This document shows positions 1 to 8,640 of a DNA stretch of 32,000 nt, piece by piece. The notes under the pieces were generated by a model. It was not told the origin of the DNA and made no database searches. It saw only the letters and a program-made list of their open reading frames with translations. The stretch's first letter is position 1, and every line of letters starts with the position of its first letter. Source of the DNA: Haloferax volcanii DS2 (lineage in GTDB: Archaea; Halobacteriota; Halobacteria; Halobacteriales; Haloferacaceae); the NCBI RefSeq assembly GCF_000025685.1, contig NC_013967.1, forward strand, positions 2,370,001 through 2,402,000, written 5' to 3'. The position numbers and the translations under genes were made by a program.

Positions 1-29
1 GCAACCCCGCCGTCGACGCCGCCCGCGAG

Positions 30-1265
30 ATGGACGCGGCGGACCCGCTTTCGGACCTCCGCGACCGCTTTTTCGTCCCCGAGGGCGAACTATACATGGA
101 CGGTAACTCGCTCGGCCCGCTCTCGGTCGATGCGGAGGCGGCGCTCGACCGCGTCGTCGACGAGTGGCGCGACCTCGCCATCCGCGGGTGGACCGACGCC
201 GACCCCGAGTGGTTCAGCTACGGCGAGCGACTGGGCGACCGACTCGCCCCGCTCGTCGGCGCAAAGCCCGAGGAGGTCGTCGTCGCCAACTCCACGACGG
301 TCAACATCCACGCGCTCGTCGGGACGTTCTACGACCCCGCCCGCGGCGAGAAAATCGTCGTCGACGACCTCGACTTCCCGACGGACCACTACGCGATTCG
401 CGCGCAACTCCGGGCGGCCGGCCGCGACCCCGACGAGGCGCTCCGCGTGGTCGAGAGCCGCGACGGGCGGACCATCGAAACCGAGGACGTGCTCGACGCC
501 GTCGACGACGACGTGGGGATGGTGTTTCTCCCCTCGGTCCTCTACCGGAGCGGTCAGCTGTTCGACATCGAGACGCTCACCGAGGCGGCGCACGAGGCCG
601 GCGCGCTGGCCGGCTTCGACCTCGCGCACTCGGTCGGCGCGGTCCCCCACAGCCTCTCCGAGGTCGGCGTGGACTTCGCCGTCTGGTGTCACTACAAGTA
701 TCTCAACGCCGGCCCCGGCTCCATCGCCGGCCTCTACGTCAACGAGCGCCACTTCGGCGTCACGCCCGCGCTCGCCGGCTGGTGGGGCAACGACAAGGAG
801 ACGCAGTTCGACATGGCGATGACCTACGAGCCGGCGCAGTCGGCCGGCGCGTTCCAGTCCGGGACGGTCCCGGTGCTGTCCGCGGCCCCCCTCGACGGCG
901 CGCTCGACATCGTCGAGGACGCCGGCGGCGTGACCGCCCTCCGCGAGAAGTCGCTTGCGCTCACGGACTACCTCATCGCCCTCGTGGACGAGCGACTGCC
1001 GGAGTGCGAGGTCGGCACCCCGCGTGACCCCGCGGCCCGCGGCGGCCACGTCGCGGTCGAGCACCCCGAGGCCTACCGCGTCAGCCTCGCGCTCAAGGAG
1101 CGGGGCGTCATCGTGGACTTCCGTCAACCGAACGTCGTCCGGATGGCTCCCGCGCCGGCCTACGTCGGCTTCGAGGACGTGTACCGGGCGGTCGAGCACT
1201 TCCGCGAGATTCTGGACGGGGAAGCATACGAGGCGTTCGAGAAGCAGAGCGGCGGCGTCACGTGA
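30..1265 (+). CDS. kynU: kynureninase (PLP-dependent, aminotransferase class V fold)
   Basis: 411-aa ORF with ATG start. The N-terminus (LYMDGNSLGP), HYKYLNAGPGS and AGWWGN segments look like the kynureninase family by eye. Confidence 0.75.
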   Translation: MDAADPLSDLRDRFFVPEGELYMDGNSLGPLSVDAEAALDRVVDEWRDLAIRGWTDADPEWFSYGERLGDRLAPLVGAKPEEVVVANSTTVNIHALVGTFYDPARGEKIVVDDLDFPTDHYAIRAQLRAAGRDPDEALRVVESRDGRTIETEDVLDAVDDDVGMVFLPSVLYRSGQLFDIETLTEAAHEAGALAGFDLAHSVGAVPHSLSEVGVDFAVWCHYKYLNAGPGSIAGLYVNERHFGVTPALAGWWGNDKETQFDMAMTYEPAQSAGAFQSGTVPVLSAAPLDGALDIVEDAGGVTALREKSLALTDYLIALVDERLPECEVGTPRDPAARGGHVAVEHPEAYRVSLALKERGVIVDFRQPNVVRMAPAPAYVGFEDVYRAVEHFREILDGEAYEAFEKQSGGVT

Positions 1266-1289
1266 GGGTCGCGGCGGGGGGTCGGTCGC

Positions 1290-1988
1290 TTACCAGTCGA
1301 TGACTTCCTTGTCGCGCCAGAACTTCCCCGCGGGCGCGCCGGGCTTGAACGTCGCGAGCCACGTCGGCGTCTCCGCGCCCTTCTCGACCGGTCGGTTCGC
1401 CTCCTCGCCGCCCATGTCGGTGCGGACCCAGCCGGGGCACACCGAGTTGGCGATGAGGCCGTCGTCGCCGTACTGGCCGTCGAGGTAGGTCGTGAGGCCG
1501 TTGAGGCCGGTCTTCGAGATTCGATACGCGGGCGACCCGCCGGACTGCTCCTCGCCGAGCGCGCCCATGCCCGAAGAGACGTTGACGACGCGGCCGCCGT
1601 CGGACTGGAGGAGGAGGGGAACCGCGTGCTTGCACAGGAGCATCGGCCCGCGGAGGTTGACGCCGAGGGTGCGGTCGATTCGCTCGGTCGGTTCGGCGAC
1701 GATGTCCTCGCCCTCGCCGCCGACGCCGGCGTTGTTGACGAGGACGTCGAGGCGGTTCTGGTCGGCGAAGATGCCGTCGACGACCTCCTCGATGTCCCCT
1801 TCTTGGGTCACGTCGAGGAGGACTCGCTCCGTCTCCTCCGGCGTCTCGTTGGTGACGCTGCGCGACCCCGCGTACACCGTCGCGCCGCGGTCGCGGAGAT
1901 TCGCGGCTATCTGGCGGCCGATGCCGCGGTTCGCGCCGGTGACGAGCGCGACCTGTCCGTCGAGGTCGTCGTAGCGGTCGGGTTCCAT
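1290..1988 (-). CDS. short-chain dehydrogenase/reductase (SDR), carbonyl-reductase-like
   Basis: 232 aa. Rossmann motif VALVTGANRGIGRQIA, NNAG motif, and a YRISK catalytic Y-x3-K. Confidence 0.85.
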   Translation of the reverse strand: MEPDRYDDLDGQVALVTGANRGIGRQIAANLRDRGATVYAGSRSVTNETPEETERVLLDVTQEGDIEEVVDGIFADQNRLDVLVNNAGVGGEGEDIVAEPTERIDRTLGVNLRGPMLLCKHAVPLLLQSDGGRVVNVSSGMGALGEEQSGGSPAYRISKTGLNGLTTYLDGQYGDDGLIANSVCPGWVRTDMGGEEANRPVEKGAETPTWLATFKPGAPAGKFWRDKEVIDW

Positions 1989-2096
1989 GGCTGCGTCTGC
2001 GAACTGAGAAAGGATATTCTCACCGAAGCGTGTCGGGCGCGAGCGACCGGTCGGAGGGGCGGCAGGTCACTCGACGGCGACTGGCCGAGGACCGAG

Positions 2097-2516
2097 TCAC
2101 TCGACGGCGACGGAGAGTTCGCGGAACTCGTCGCCGGTCCACTCGTGGGCGGTCATCCGGCCGTCGGGCGAGCAGATGAGATAGACGTATCCCGGCCACG
2201 ACGCCCGTTCCCGGTCCGTCGCGCTCGGGACCGGGTCGGACTCGGGGTGCGAGTGGTAGAAGCCGACCGCGTCGTCGCCCGCGGACTCGATGGCTTCGAG
2301 AATCGAAACCGTCTCCTCGGGGTCGAGTTCGTAGGCGACCCGCGGCTCGGCGGCGACGTTCGAAACGGGGTGGGCGGCGGTGACGGTGCGCGCGTCGCTG
2401 TCGCCGGCGAGGACGCCGCAGACCTCGGCGGGCGGGTCGCCGGCGGCACCCTCGCGGGCGTGCGAGAGAATCGAGTCCCGCGCGTCAGCTGCGAGAGAGA
2501 GCCTACTCGAAGTCAC
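2097..2516 (-). CDS. stand-alone JAB1/MPN/Mov34 (JAMM) metalloprotease
   Basis: 139 aa with a GTG start. JAMM motif HSHPESDPVPSATD plus an upstream Glu (EVCGVLAG). It resembles haloarchaeal desampylase-type JAMM proteins. It overlaps the idi stop by 14 nt. Confidence 0.85.
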   Translation of the reverse strand: MTSSRLSLAADARDSILSHAREGAAGDPPAEVCGVLAGDSDARTVTAAHPVSNVAAEPRVAYELDPEETVSILEAIESAGDDAVGFYHSHPESDPVPSATDRERASWPGYVYLICSPDGRMTAHEWTGDEFRELSVAVE

Positions 2517-3072
2517 GGCGCATGGCGATTTCGAACCACGGACAGAGACGCAGTTGGCGGTACCACTCGGGGTTGTCGTGGAGGTGCTCGTAATCCGCCC
2601 AGAGCATGCCCGCGATTTCCTCTTCGTCGGGGTCGAGCGTGGTGTCTTCGAGCGTGACCTTCAGGACGGCACAGACTTCCCACTCCAGCCCGGCGTTCTC
2701 GTAGTAGCGCTTGTACTCGAACTTGTCCGTGACGCGGAGGTCGGAGTACTGGTCGGGCGAGATGCCGAGTTCCTCTTCGAGGCGCTCTTCGGTGGCTTCC
2801 TCTTGGGTCTGGCCCTCGACGGGGTGGGAGGCGACGGTGCCGTCCCAGGAGGTGTCCCACAGGCGCTTGTTGGGCGCGCGCTGGGCGAGGAGTATCTGTC
2901 CCTCCTCGCTGAACACGAGGCAGGTGAAGGCGCGGTGGCGGATGCCGTCGCCCGTGTGGGCGTCGAGTCGGTTGACCGTCCCCTCGGCGTTGTCGTCGGA
3001 GTCGACGGCGATGACGTCCTGCGCTGCGTTCTTGTGGAGTTCAGTAGCCTCGTCGGCCGCTGCGTTGCTCAT
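2503..3072 (-). CDS. idi: isopentenyl-diphosphate delta-isomerase, type 1 (Nudix fold)
   Basis: HRAFTCLVFSEEGQILLAQRAPNKRLWDTSWDGTVASHP and EEATEERLEEELG are typical of IDI-1. The track start at 3099 is TTG, so I chose the in-frame ATG at 3072 (MSNAAADE...). Confidence 0.8.
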   Translation of the reverse strand: MSNAAADEATELHKNAAQDVIAVDSDDNAEGTVNRLDAHTGDGIRHRAFTCLVFSEEGQILLAQRAPNKRLWDTSWDGTVASHPVEGQTQEEATEERLEEELGISPDQYSDLRVTDKFEYKRYYENAGLEWEVCAVLKVTLEDTTLDPDEEEIAGMLWADYEHLHDNPEWYRQLRLCPWFEIAMRRDFE

Positions 3073-3144
3073 GTGCCTTCCGTCGGAGTCGGGGGTCAAC
3101 TAAGCTTCGATGCGAACCGCGGACCACGCGGCGGCGGCGCGGGA

Positions 3145-3558
3145 TTAGCCGAGGCGCTCGTCGAGAATCAGGCGGGTTTTCGTGCTCTTCACGTCGTCGT
3201 GCTCGCGGGCGCGGGTGATGAGGTCGTTGACGGCGCGGGTGTCGGCGGCGTCGACGACGAGGACGATGTCCTCCTCGCCGGAGACCTGCCAGACGAAGTC
3301 CACGTCCTTCCAGTCGGCCATCAGCTCGGACACGTCGTTGGTGTCGACGTCGACCGCGACGGTCACCTCTATCATCGCCTTCAGGTTCCCCGTGCGGGTC
3401 GAAATCGTAAAGCGCTCGATGACGCCCTCCTCGACCAACCGCTCGACGCGGTTTCTGACGGTCCCCTCGGAGGTCCCGACCTCGGCCGCAATCTCTGTGT
3501 TGGGGGTCCGAGCGTCCCGTCGAAGGATATCGAGAATGCGTCGGTCAAGCTCGTCCAT
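3145..3558 (-). CDS. Lrp/AsnC family transcriptional regulator
   Basis: MDELDRRILDILRRDARTPNTEIAAEVGTSEGTVRNRVERLVEEGVIERF is a classic HTH_AsnC N-terminus, followed by a RAM-like C-terminus. The track start at 3573 is GTG; the ATG at 3558 is preferred. Confidence 0.85.
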   Translation of the reverse strand: MDELDRRILDILRRDARTPNTEIAAEVGTSEGTVRNRVERLVEEGVIERFTISTRTGNLKAMIEVTVAVDVDTNDVSELMADWKDVDFVWQVSGEEDIVLVVDAADTRAVNDLITRAREHDDVKSTKTRLILDERLG

Positions 3559-3589
3559 ACACCACGTGCCCACCCCAGCGACTTACCGA

Positions 3590-3604
3590 TTACGAATTTC
3601 GTAA
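3590..3604. promoter_or_regulatory. perfect 15-bp palindrome TTACGAA-T-TTCGTAA in the divergent Lrp/carA intergenic region (candidate operator)
   Basis: Read directly from the sequence. It lies 32-46 nt upstream of the Lrp ATG and 52-66 nt upstream of the carA ATG, in an AT-richer patch, with a further TTCGAA palindrome a few nt downstream. Confidence 0.4.
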
Positions 3605-3655
3605 CTCGACTTCGAAAGTAACACTTATGGACCCGTGTTCCGTTCGTTTCTCGTA

Positions 3656-4738
3656 ATGTCGGACGCCTATCTGGCGCTGGAAGACGGACGCGTGGTCGAA
3701 GCGCGTGGCCGTGTTCCGGGGCGCACACGCGGTGAACTGGTGTTCACAACCGCATATACGGGATACGAAGAGAGTCTGACCGACCCTTCGTACGAAGAGC
3801 AAGTCCTCACCTTCTCGTACCCCCTCATCGGGAACTACGGCGTCCGAGCCGAGCGATTCGAGTCCGACCGGGTCCACCCTCGGGCGGCCGTCGCACGCGA
3901 GTTCACCGAGGAGGTCGTCGAGTGGCTCGCAGACGAGGGCGTCCCGGCGGTCGACCACCTCGACACGCGCGACCTCGTCACGTCCATCCGCGAGGAGGGC
4001 GCGATGAAGGTCGGCATCGCCGTCGGCGAGGACGTGACGCCGGAGGACGCGAAGGAGGAACTCGCGCAGTGTAAGGGCATGAGCGAGCACGTCGACATCG
4101 GCGCGCAGGTCACCACGACCGAACTGACGACGTTCGAGGGCGACGGCGACACCACCGTCGCGCTCGTCGACTGCGGCGCGAAGGGTTCCATCGTGGACTC
4201 CCTCGTCGACCGCGGCGCGACGGTGCACGTGCTCCCCTACGACGCGGACGCCGAGGACGTGTCCGCGCTCGACCCCGACGTGCTGTTCATCTCGAACGGC
4301 CCCGGCGACCCCGAGAACTACACCGCGACGCACGACCTCGTCGAGGAGTTCGCCGGCGAGGTCCCGCTGGCGGGCATCTGCCTCGGCCAGCAAATCGTCG
4401 CCAGCGCGCTCGGCGGCACCACGGAAAAGATGGCCTTCGGCCACCACGGCGTCAACCAGCCCGTCCGCGACCTCCAGACCGGCAAGGTCGTCATGACGAC
4501 CCAAAATCACGGCTACACCGTCGCCGACCCCGGCGACAAACTCGACGTGACGCAGGTCAACGTCAACGACGACACCGCCGAGGGCCTCGCCAGCGAGGAG
4601 CTGAGTGTCATCACGCGCCAGTACCACCCCGAAGCCCACCCCGGCCCCCACGACTCGCTCGGCTTCTTCGACGACGTGCTCGCCATGGCGGGTACGGAGG
4701 GAAACGAGCATAAGCCCCGAGCCGTCGCTTCGGACTGA
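3656..4738 (+). CDS. carA: carbamoyl-phosphate synthase small (glutaminase) subunit
   Basis: MSDAYLALEDGRVVEARG N-terminus and the GICLGQQ catalytic Cys motif of class-I glutamine amidotransferases, with HHG.NQPV. The track start at 3635 is GTG; the ATG at 3656 is preferred. Confidence 0.9.
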   Translation: MSDAYLALEDGRVVEARGRVPGRTRGELVFTTAYTGYEESLTDPSYEEQVLTFSYPLIGNYGVRAERFESDRVHPRAAVAREFTEEVVEWLADEGVPAVDHLDTRDLVTSIREEGAMKVGIAVGEDVTPEDAKEELAQCKGMSEHVDIGAQVTTTELTTFEGDGDTTVALVDCGAKGSIVDSLVDRGATVHVLPYDADAEDVSALDPDVLFISNGPGDPENYTATHDLVEEFAGEVPLAGICLGQQIVASALGGTTEKMAFGHHGVNQPVRDLQTGKVVMTTQNHGYTVADPGDKLDVTQVNVNDDTAEGLASEELSVITRQYHPEAHPGPHDSLGFFDDVLAMAGTEGNEHKPRAVASD

Positions 4739-4743
4739 CCACC

Positions 4744-4785
4744 GCGGCCGCGACTGCGACCGCGACCACAATCGCAACCGCGACT
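4744..4785. repeat. about 7 tandem hexamers (GCGACY-like: gcggcc gcgact gcgacc gcgacc acaatc gcaacc gcgact)
   Basis: Read directly. The repeat begins 6 nt after the carA stop codon (4736-4738). Confidence 0.6.
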
Positions 4786-4931
4786 GACCCGATTCCAGAC
4801 GCCCGGTCGACTGCACCACGACCGCCGGCGGCCGAACACCGCTTTTCGAATATCTCGCGCCGCGAGCGGGCGGTTCGTCGTTCCCCGCCGTGGTAGAAAC
4901 TGTCAAACGGGTTCCCAGCGTACGCTCTGTG

Positions 4932-5969
4932 ATGGACGACGTATCGCTCATCGAACGCGGCTTCGAGGAGTTCCCGGCGACGATTGCGCTCCTCGACAGC
5001 CGCGGCGACATCGTCTACACGAACCGGTCGTGGCGGGCGTTCGCCGACGCGAACGACTACGCGGGCGACCCCGATTCGACGGGCGTCAACTACCTTGCAG
5101 TGTGCGACGCGGCCCGCGGGACCGACGAAATTGCCGGCGTCGTCGCCGACGGCATCCGCGCGGTTCTCAGGGGTGACCGCGACCTCTTTACCGCCGAGTA
5201 TCCGTGTCACTCGCCCGCAGTCTACCGGTGGTTCGCGCTCCGGGTCGTCCCGATAGACACGCCGAGGCACGGGAGCTTCGCGCTCGTCTCCCACTTCGAC
5301 ATCACCGACAGGCGGCTCGCGGAGCTGCAGGTCAACGAGAAAAACGAGCACCTCGCGGCGCTCGTCAGCGTGCTCGCCTCGGAACTCAAAGCCCAGCTCG
5401 CGTCGGCCACCGCGTCCGCCGAGCGACTCACCGCGGTCGACGGCGACGCCGCGGTGACGCTCTCCAAAAGCCTCTCGCGCATCGATTCGCTCGTCGAGTG
5501 GGGCATCACCGTCGCCGGGCAACCGAGCACGCTCGACCTCGGGGCGGTGGAGTTCCGCCCGCACGTCGCGCAAGCACGGGCCCTCGCGTCGCCCGATGGC
5601 GCGGACGACGCTTCGCTCCGGGTCGTCGGCGACGGGTCGCTCTCGGCCGACACCCACCTGTTCGGCCTGTTTCTGGTCGCGGTGCTCACGAACTGCTACG
5701 AGCGGAACGCGTCGTCCGGTTCGTCGTCCAGCGTCGTCGTCGGGACGACAGCCGACGGCTTCTACGTCGACGACGACGGCCCCCGCCCGTCACCGGAAGA
5801 GCTCGCGGCGGTGACCGCGGATTCGAACCAGCTGCTCGGCGTCGATTACGACGCCACGCATCTCTCGACGGCGCGGCGAATCGCTGACCTGCACGGCTGG
5901 CAGTTCGACGTGGGCGACTCGGAGCTCGGCGGGGCGCGCTTCGAAGTCCGCGGCGTCGACTGGAACTGA
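4932..5969 (+). CDS. PAS-domain sensor protein with degenerate histidine-kinase-like C-terminal half
   Basis: The N-terminal region is PAS-like (ALLDSRGDIVYTNRSWRAFA...YRWFALRVVPI...FDITDRRLAE). The C-terminus has an N-box-like LTNCYERN and VDDDGP, consistent with HATPase_c. The track start at 4890 is GTG; the ATG at 4932 is chosen. Confidence 0.65.
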   Translation: MDDVSLIERGFEEFPATIALLDSRGDIVYTNRSWRAFADANDYAGDPDSTGVNYLAVCDAARGTDEIAGVVADGIRAVLRGDRDLFTAEYPCHSPAVYRWFALRVVPIDTPRHGSFALVSHFDITDRRLAELQVNEKNEHLAALVSVLASELKAQLASATASAERLTAVDGDAAVTLSKSLSRIDSLVEWGITVAGQPSTLDLGAVEFRPHVAQARALASPDGADDASLRVVGDGSLSADTHLFGLFLVAVLTNCYERNASSGSSSSVVVGTTADGFYVDDDGPRPSPEELAAVTADSNQLLGVDYDATHLSTARRIADLHGWQFDVGDSELGGARFEVRGVDWN

Positions 5970-5970
5970 C

Positions 5971-6010
5971 CGACGGTCGGCGGTCGGCGGTCGGCGGTCG
6001 ACGGTCGTCG
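5971..6010. repeat. tandem heptamer (CGRCGGT) x5 plus a partial unit
   Basis: The sequence reads cgacggt cggcggt cggcggt cggcggt cgacggt cgtcg, starting 2 nt after the stop of the PAS protein gene. Confidence 0.85.
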
Positions 6011-6013
6011 AAA

Positions 6014-6029
6014 GCGCGCACTTGCGCGC
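6014..6029. terminator. GC hairpin gcgcgca-ct-tgcgcgc between convergent genes (possible bidirectional terminator element)
   Basis: Perfect 7-bp inverted repeat with a 2-nt spacer, between the stops at 5969 (+) and 6033 (-). No flanking T-tract, so the terminator role is speculative. Confidence 0.3.
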
Positions 6030-6032
6030 CCG

Positions 6033-6947
6033 TCAGGAGAGGTCGGCTTCCATGACGAACGTCGGCTCCTCGGCGAGGTCGCTCCGAGCGAGTGCGGCGT
6101 CGGTAACCCAGTCGATGCGCTCGGGGAACAGGACGCGCGTCCGGTCCGCGCCGACCGAAGCGGCGTCGCGTCGAATCGCGTCCAACAGCGACTCGCAGGC
6201 CGACGCGCCGTCCCACGCGGCGACCGCGTACTCGGCCCACGTCTCCTCGCCCTCGCCCTCGTCGTCGCGTTCGCGCGAGTAGGTCCGGTTGCGATAGGTG
6301 AATCCGGTCGCGCGGTCGTCCCCGACGACGAACAGTCGGTCGTCGGCCGCGGCGTCGTGGAGGCGGTCGCGGGTCAACTCGGAGAGCGCCCACGTCTCGA
6401 CGGGGTCGAGTGCGAGCCCCGACAGCGCGGTTCGCGCCTCGCTCCCGGTCCAGTAGGTCCACGCAGCGTCGGCGTCGTCGCGGATGGCTGCCGCCGGGTC
6501 GGCGGTCGCGTCCGGGTCGGGCGTCGCCCAGCGGAACTCGATGCCGGGGTCGAACCCGACCGTGCGGGCGTTGGCGAGGCTCGGGACGTTCCACGAGTAG
6601 ACCATGTTGCGGACACGCCGCGCGCCGCGCTCGCGCGCCCAGTCGAGAAGCGCGTGCGACAGTCGGGTCGCGAGACCCTGTTCGCGGTAGTCGGGCGCGA
6701 CGCGCATACCCTGCGCCCACCCCTCGTACTCCGACAGCATGACGACCTGTGCGATGGCGGCCACGTCGTCGGAGGGCGTCTCCTCGCCCATGTCGACGAG
6801 GAGCGTCGCCTGCGCTAACTCGCCGGGGGAAATCCAGTCGTGGTAGATGTCGGGGATGTAGTCCGACCCGCCGCGGTCGGCCCACGTATCGCGGGTGAAC
6901 GCGGCGACCGCGTCGTAGTCCTCGGGTCGGGCGGGTCGAATCTCCAT
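6033..6947 (-). CDS. GNAT family N-acetyltransferase with C-terminal extension
   Basis: 304 aa. MEIRPARPEDYDAVAAFTRDTW and the QGLATRLSHALLDWARERGA acetyl-CoA-binding-like segment. It starts 4 nt after the gatD stop, so it is probably co-transcribed. Confidence 0.75.
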   Translation of the reverse strand: MEIRPARPEDYDAVAAFTRDTWADRGGSDYIPDIYHDWISPGELAQATLLVDMGEETPSDDVAAIAQVVMLSEYEGWAQGMRVAPDYREQGLATRLSHALLDWARERGARRVRNMVYSWNVPSLANARTVGFDPGIEFRWATPDPDATADPAAAIRDDADAAWTYWTGSEARTALSGLALDPVETWALSELTRDRLHDAAADDRLFVVGDDRATGFTYRNRTYSRERDDEGEGEETWAEYAVAAWDGASACESLLDAIRRDAASVGADRTRVLFPERIDWVTDAALARSDLAEEPTFVMEADLS

Positions 6948-6951
6948 CAGT

Positions 6952-8199
6952 TCACTCCCACGGGACCGAGCGCTGGGTCAGTTCGCCTTCGAGGTTCCGA
7001 CCCATCGCGTCGGTCGGGTCCGCGACGTTGGCGAGCGCCCACATGAGCTTCACCTTTGCGGTGCCGGGGAGCGTGTCGCCCGCCTCGACGACGCCGGCGT
7101 CGAGCAGGTCGCGGCCGGTGTCGTAGACGCGGTCGCAGACGCGGCCTTCGAGACACTGCGAGGTCATGGCGACGACCGTGCCGCCCTCGACGAGTTCCTC
7201 GAACTGCGGGATGAGGTCGGTGTGGACGTGGCCGAGGCCCGTCCCTTCGATGACGACGCCGGCTTTCTCGTCGAGGTAGTCGAGCGCCGCGGGGTCCATC
7301 CCCGGCGTGAACTTCACGAGTTCCACCTCGGACTCGATGTCGGCGTGGAGCGCGAGGTCGGCCTCGCAGCGGGGGGTGTAGTCGCGGCGGAACGTGACCT
7401 CCTCGGCCTCGTAGTCGACCTCGCCGAGCGGCTTCGCGCCGACGGTCTCGAACGCGTCGCGCCGGGAGGTGTGGTTCTTGCGGACGCGCGTCCCCTCGTG
7501 GAGCGCGCAGACGTCGTCGGACTCCGAGGCGTGCATACAAACCATCACCTCGGCGGCTTCGGCCTTCGCGGCCTCGACGGCGCAGACGGCGTTCATCACG
7601 TTGTCGGAGGAGGGGCGGTCCGCCGAGCGCTGACTGCCCGTGAAGACGATGGGAACGGGCGTGTCGAGCATGAACGACATCGCCGACGCGGAGAACTGCA
7701 TCGTGTCGGTGCCGTGCATGACGACGACGCCGTCGGCTCCACCCTCGATTTCCTCGGCGACGGCCTCGGCGAGGTCGACCCACACGTCGGTCGTCATGTT
7801 CTCCGAGAGGATGTTGGCGACGACGCGGCCGCGGTAGTTCGCCCGCCCCGCGAGGTCGGGGACGGCCCGAAGCACGTCCTTGGCGTCGAACTGCGCGGTC
7901 ACCGCGCCCGTGCGGTAGTCGACCGTCGAGGCGATGGTCCCGCCGGTCGAGATGAGCGAGATCGTCGGCAGGTCGTCGTCGAACTCGATTTCGGAGGTGC
8001 CGTCGCCTTCGGACTGCGCGTCTTCGATGTCGTACACGTCGGTTTCGAGCACGTCCACGTCGGCCCCCTCGCGGGCGATGCCGACGTTGTACCCGCCGTC
8101 GAGTTTGACGACGAGGTGGTCCTCGGTGGAAGACGGCATGAGCACGCCTTCGTTCGTGACGTCCGCGCGGGTGACGCGGACGCGGTCCCCTGCGTTCAT
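6952..8199 (-). CDS. gatD: Glu-tRNA(Gln) amidotransferase subunit D
   Basis: Starting from MNAGDRVRV the protein is 415 aa, with asparaginase-type motifs (STGGTIAS, HGTDTM). The 745-aa track ORF extends upstream as Arg/Glu-rich nonsense antisense to two membrane protein genes. Confidence 0.9.
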   Translation of the reverse strand: MNAGDRVRVTRADVTNEGVLMPSSTEDHLVVKLDGGYNVGIAREGADVDVLETDVYDIEDAQSEGDGTSEIEFDDDLPTISLISTGGTIASTVDYRTGAVTAQFDAKDVLRAVPDLAGRANYRGRVVANILSENMTTDVWVDLAEAVAEEIEGGADGVVVMHGTDTMQFSASAMSFMLDTPVPIVFTGSQRSADRPSSDNVMNAVCAVEAAKAEAAEVMVCMHASESDDVCALHEGTRVRKNHTSRRDAFETVGAKPLGEVDYEAEEVTFRRDYTPRCEADLALHADIESEVELVKFTPGMDPAALDYLDEKAGVVIEGTGLGHVHTDLIPQFEELVEGGTVVAMTSQCLEGRVCDRVYDTGRDLLDAGVVEAGDTLPGTAKVKLMWALANVADPTDAMGRNLEGELTQRSVPWE

Positions 8200-8430
8200 A
8201 TCGCGGGATACCGCGGGGGCAGACTTCAAACCCACCTTTTTACCGTTCGGGGTCGCCTCCGGCGACCCGCTCACGGCAAAAACCTGGAGGGAAAAACGCC
8301 GAGTAGCTCGCTTCGCTCGCGACTCGGTACGACGACTGGGAGAGAACCGACCGAGCGAAACGAGGGAGACGGACGCACCACCGACATAACGAACACAAGA
8401 CATTTTACCCGACTGTCCGTCGGCCAGCGT

Positions 8431-8640
8431 ATGCTCCCCACGATACTCCTCCAGTCGGGCGGTGCAGGCGCGCTCGTAATCGGCCTGCTGTTTTTCCTCC
8501 TGTTCCTCGGGATGGTAGTGTGGACGTACAGCGACGCGCGGCAAAACAGCAGTCACCCGGCGTTCCTCTGGGCCGTCGTCGTCTTCCTCGCCCCCCTTCT
8601 GGGACTCGTGTTGTACTTCATCCTCGGCCGCAACGCGTAG
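8431..8640 (+). CDS. small two-TM membrane protein (PLD-nuclease-N-terminal-like / DUF-type)
   Basis: 69 aa: MLPTILLQSGGAGALVIGLLFFLLFLGMVVWTYSDARQNSSHPAFLWAVVVFLAPLLGLVLYFILGRNA. It forms the 3' end of a 472-aa artefactual ORF. It has two clear hydrophobic helices and an ATG start. Confidence 0.6.
   Translation: MLPTILLQSGGAGALVIGLLFFLLFLGMVVWTYSDARQNSSHPAFLWAVVVFLAPLLGLVLYFILGRNA

Noticed and set aside
2066-2111. 16-nt direct repeat GTCACTCGACGGCGAC, duplicating the last four codons plus stop of the JAMM gene 30 nt downstream
   Set aside because: The repeat is real, but it is a single small duplication in a 3' flank with no associated ORF or structure. It is most simply a slippage or duplication scar.
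3590-5011. 473-aa minus-strand ORF and the many other 100-500-aa Arg/Pro/Gly-rich ORFs (for example 5686-6885, 10767-12251, 16682-17962, 25814-27358 and 27418-28686)
   Set aside because: They have low-complexity Arg/Gly/Asp/Pro composition. Each overlaps, antisense or out of frame, a gene with clear family signatures. These are the expected shadow ORFs of a high-GC genome.
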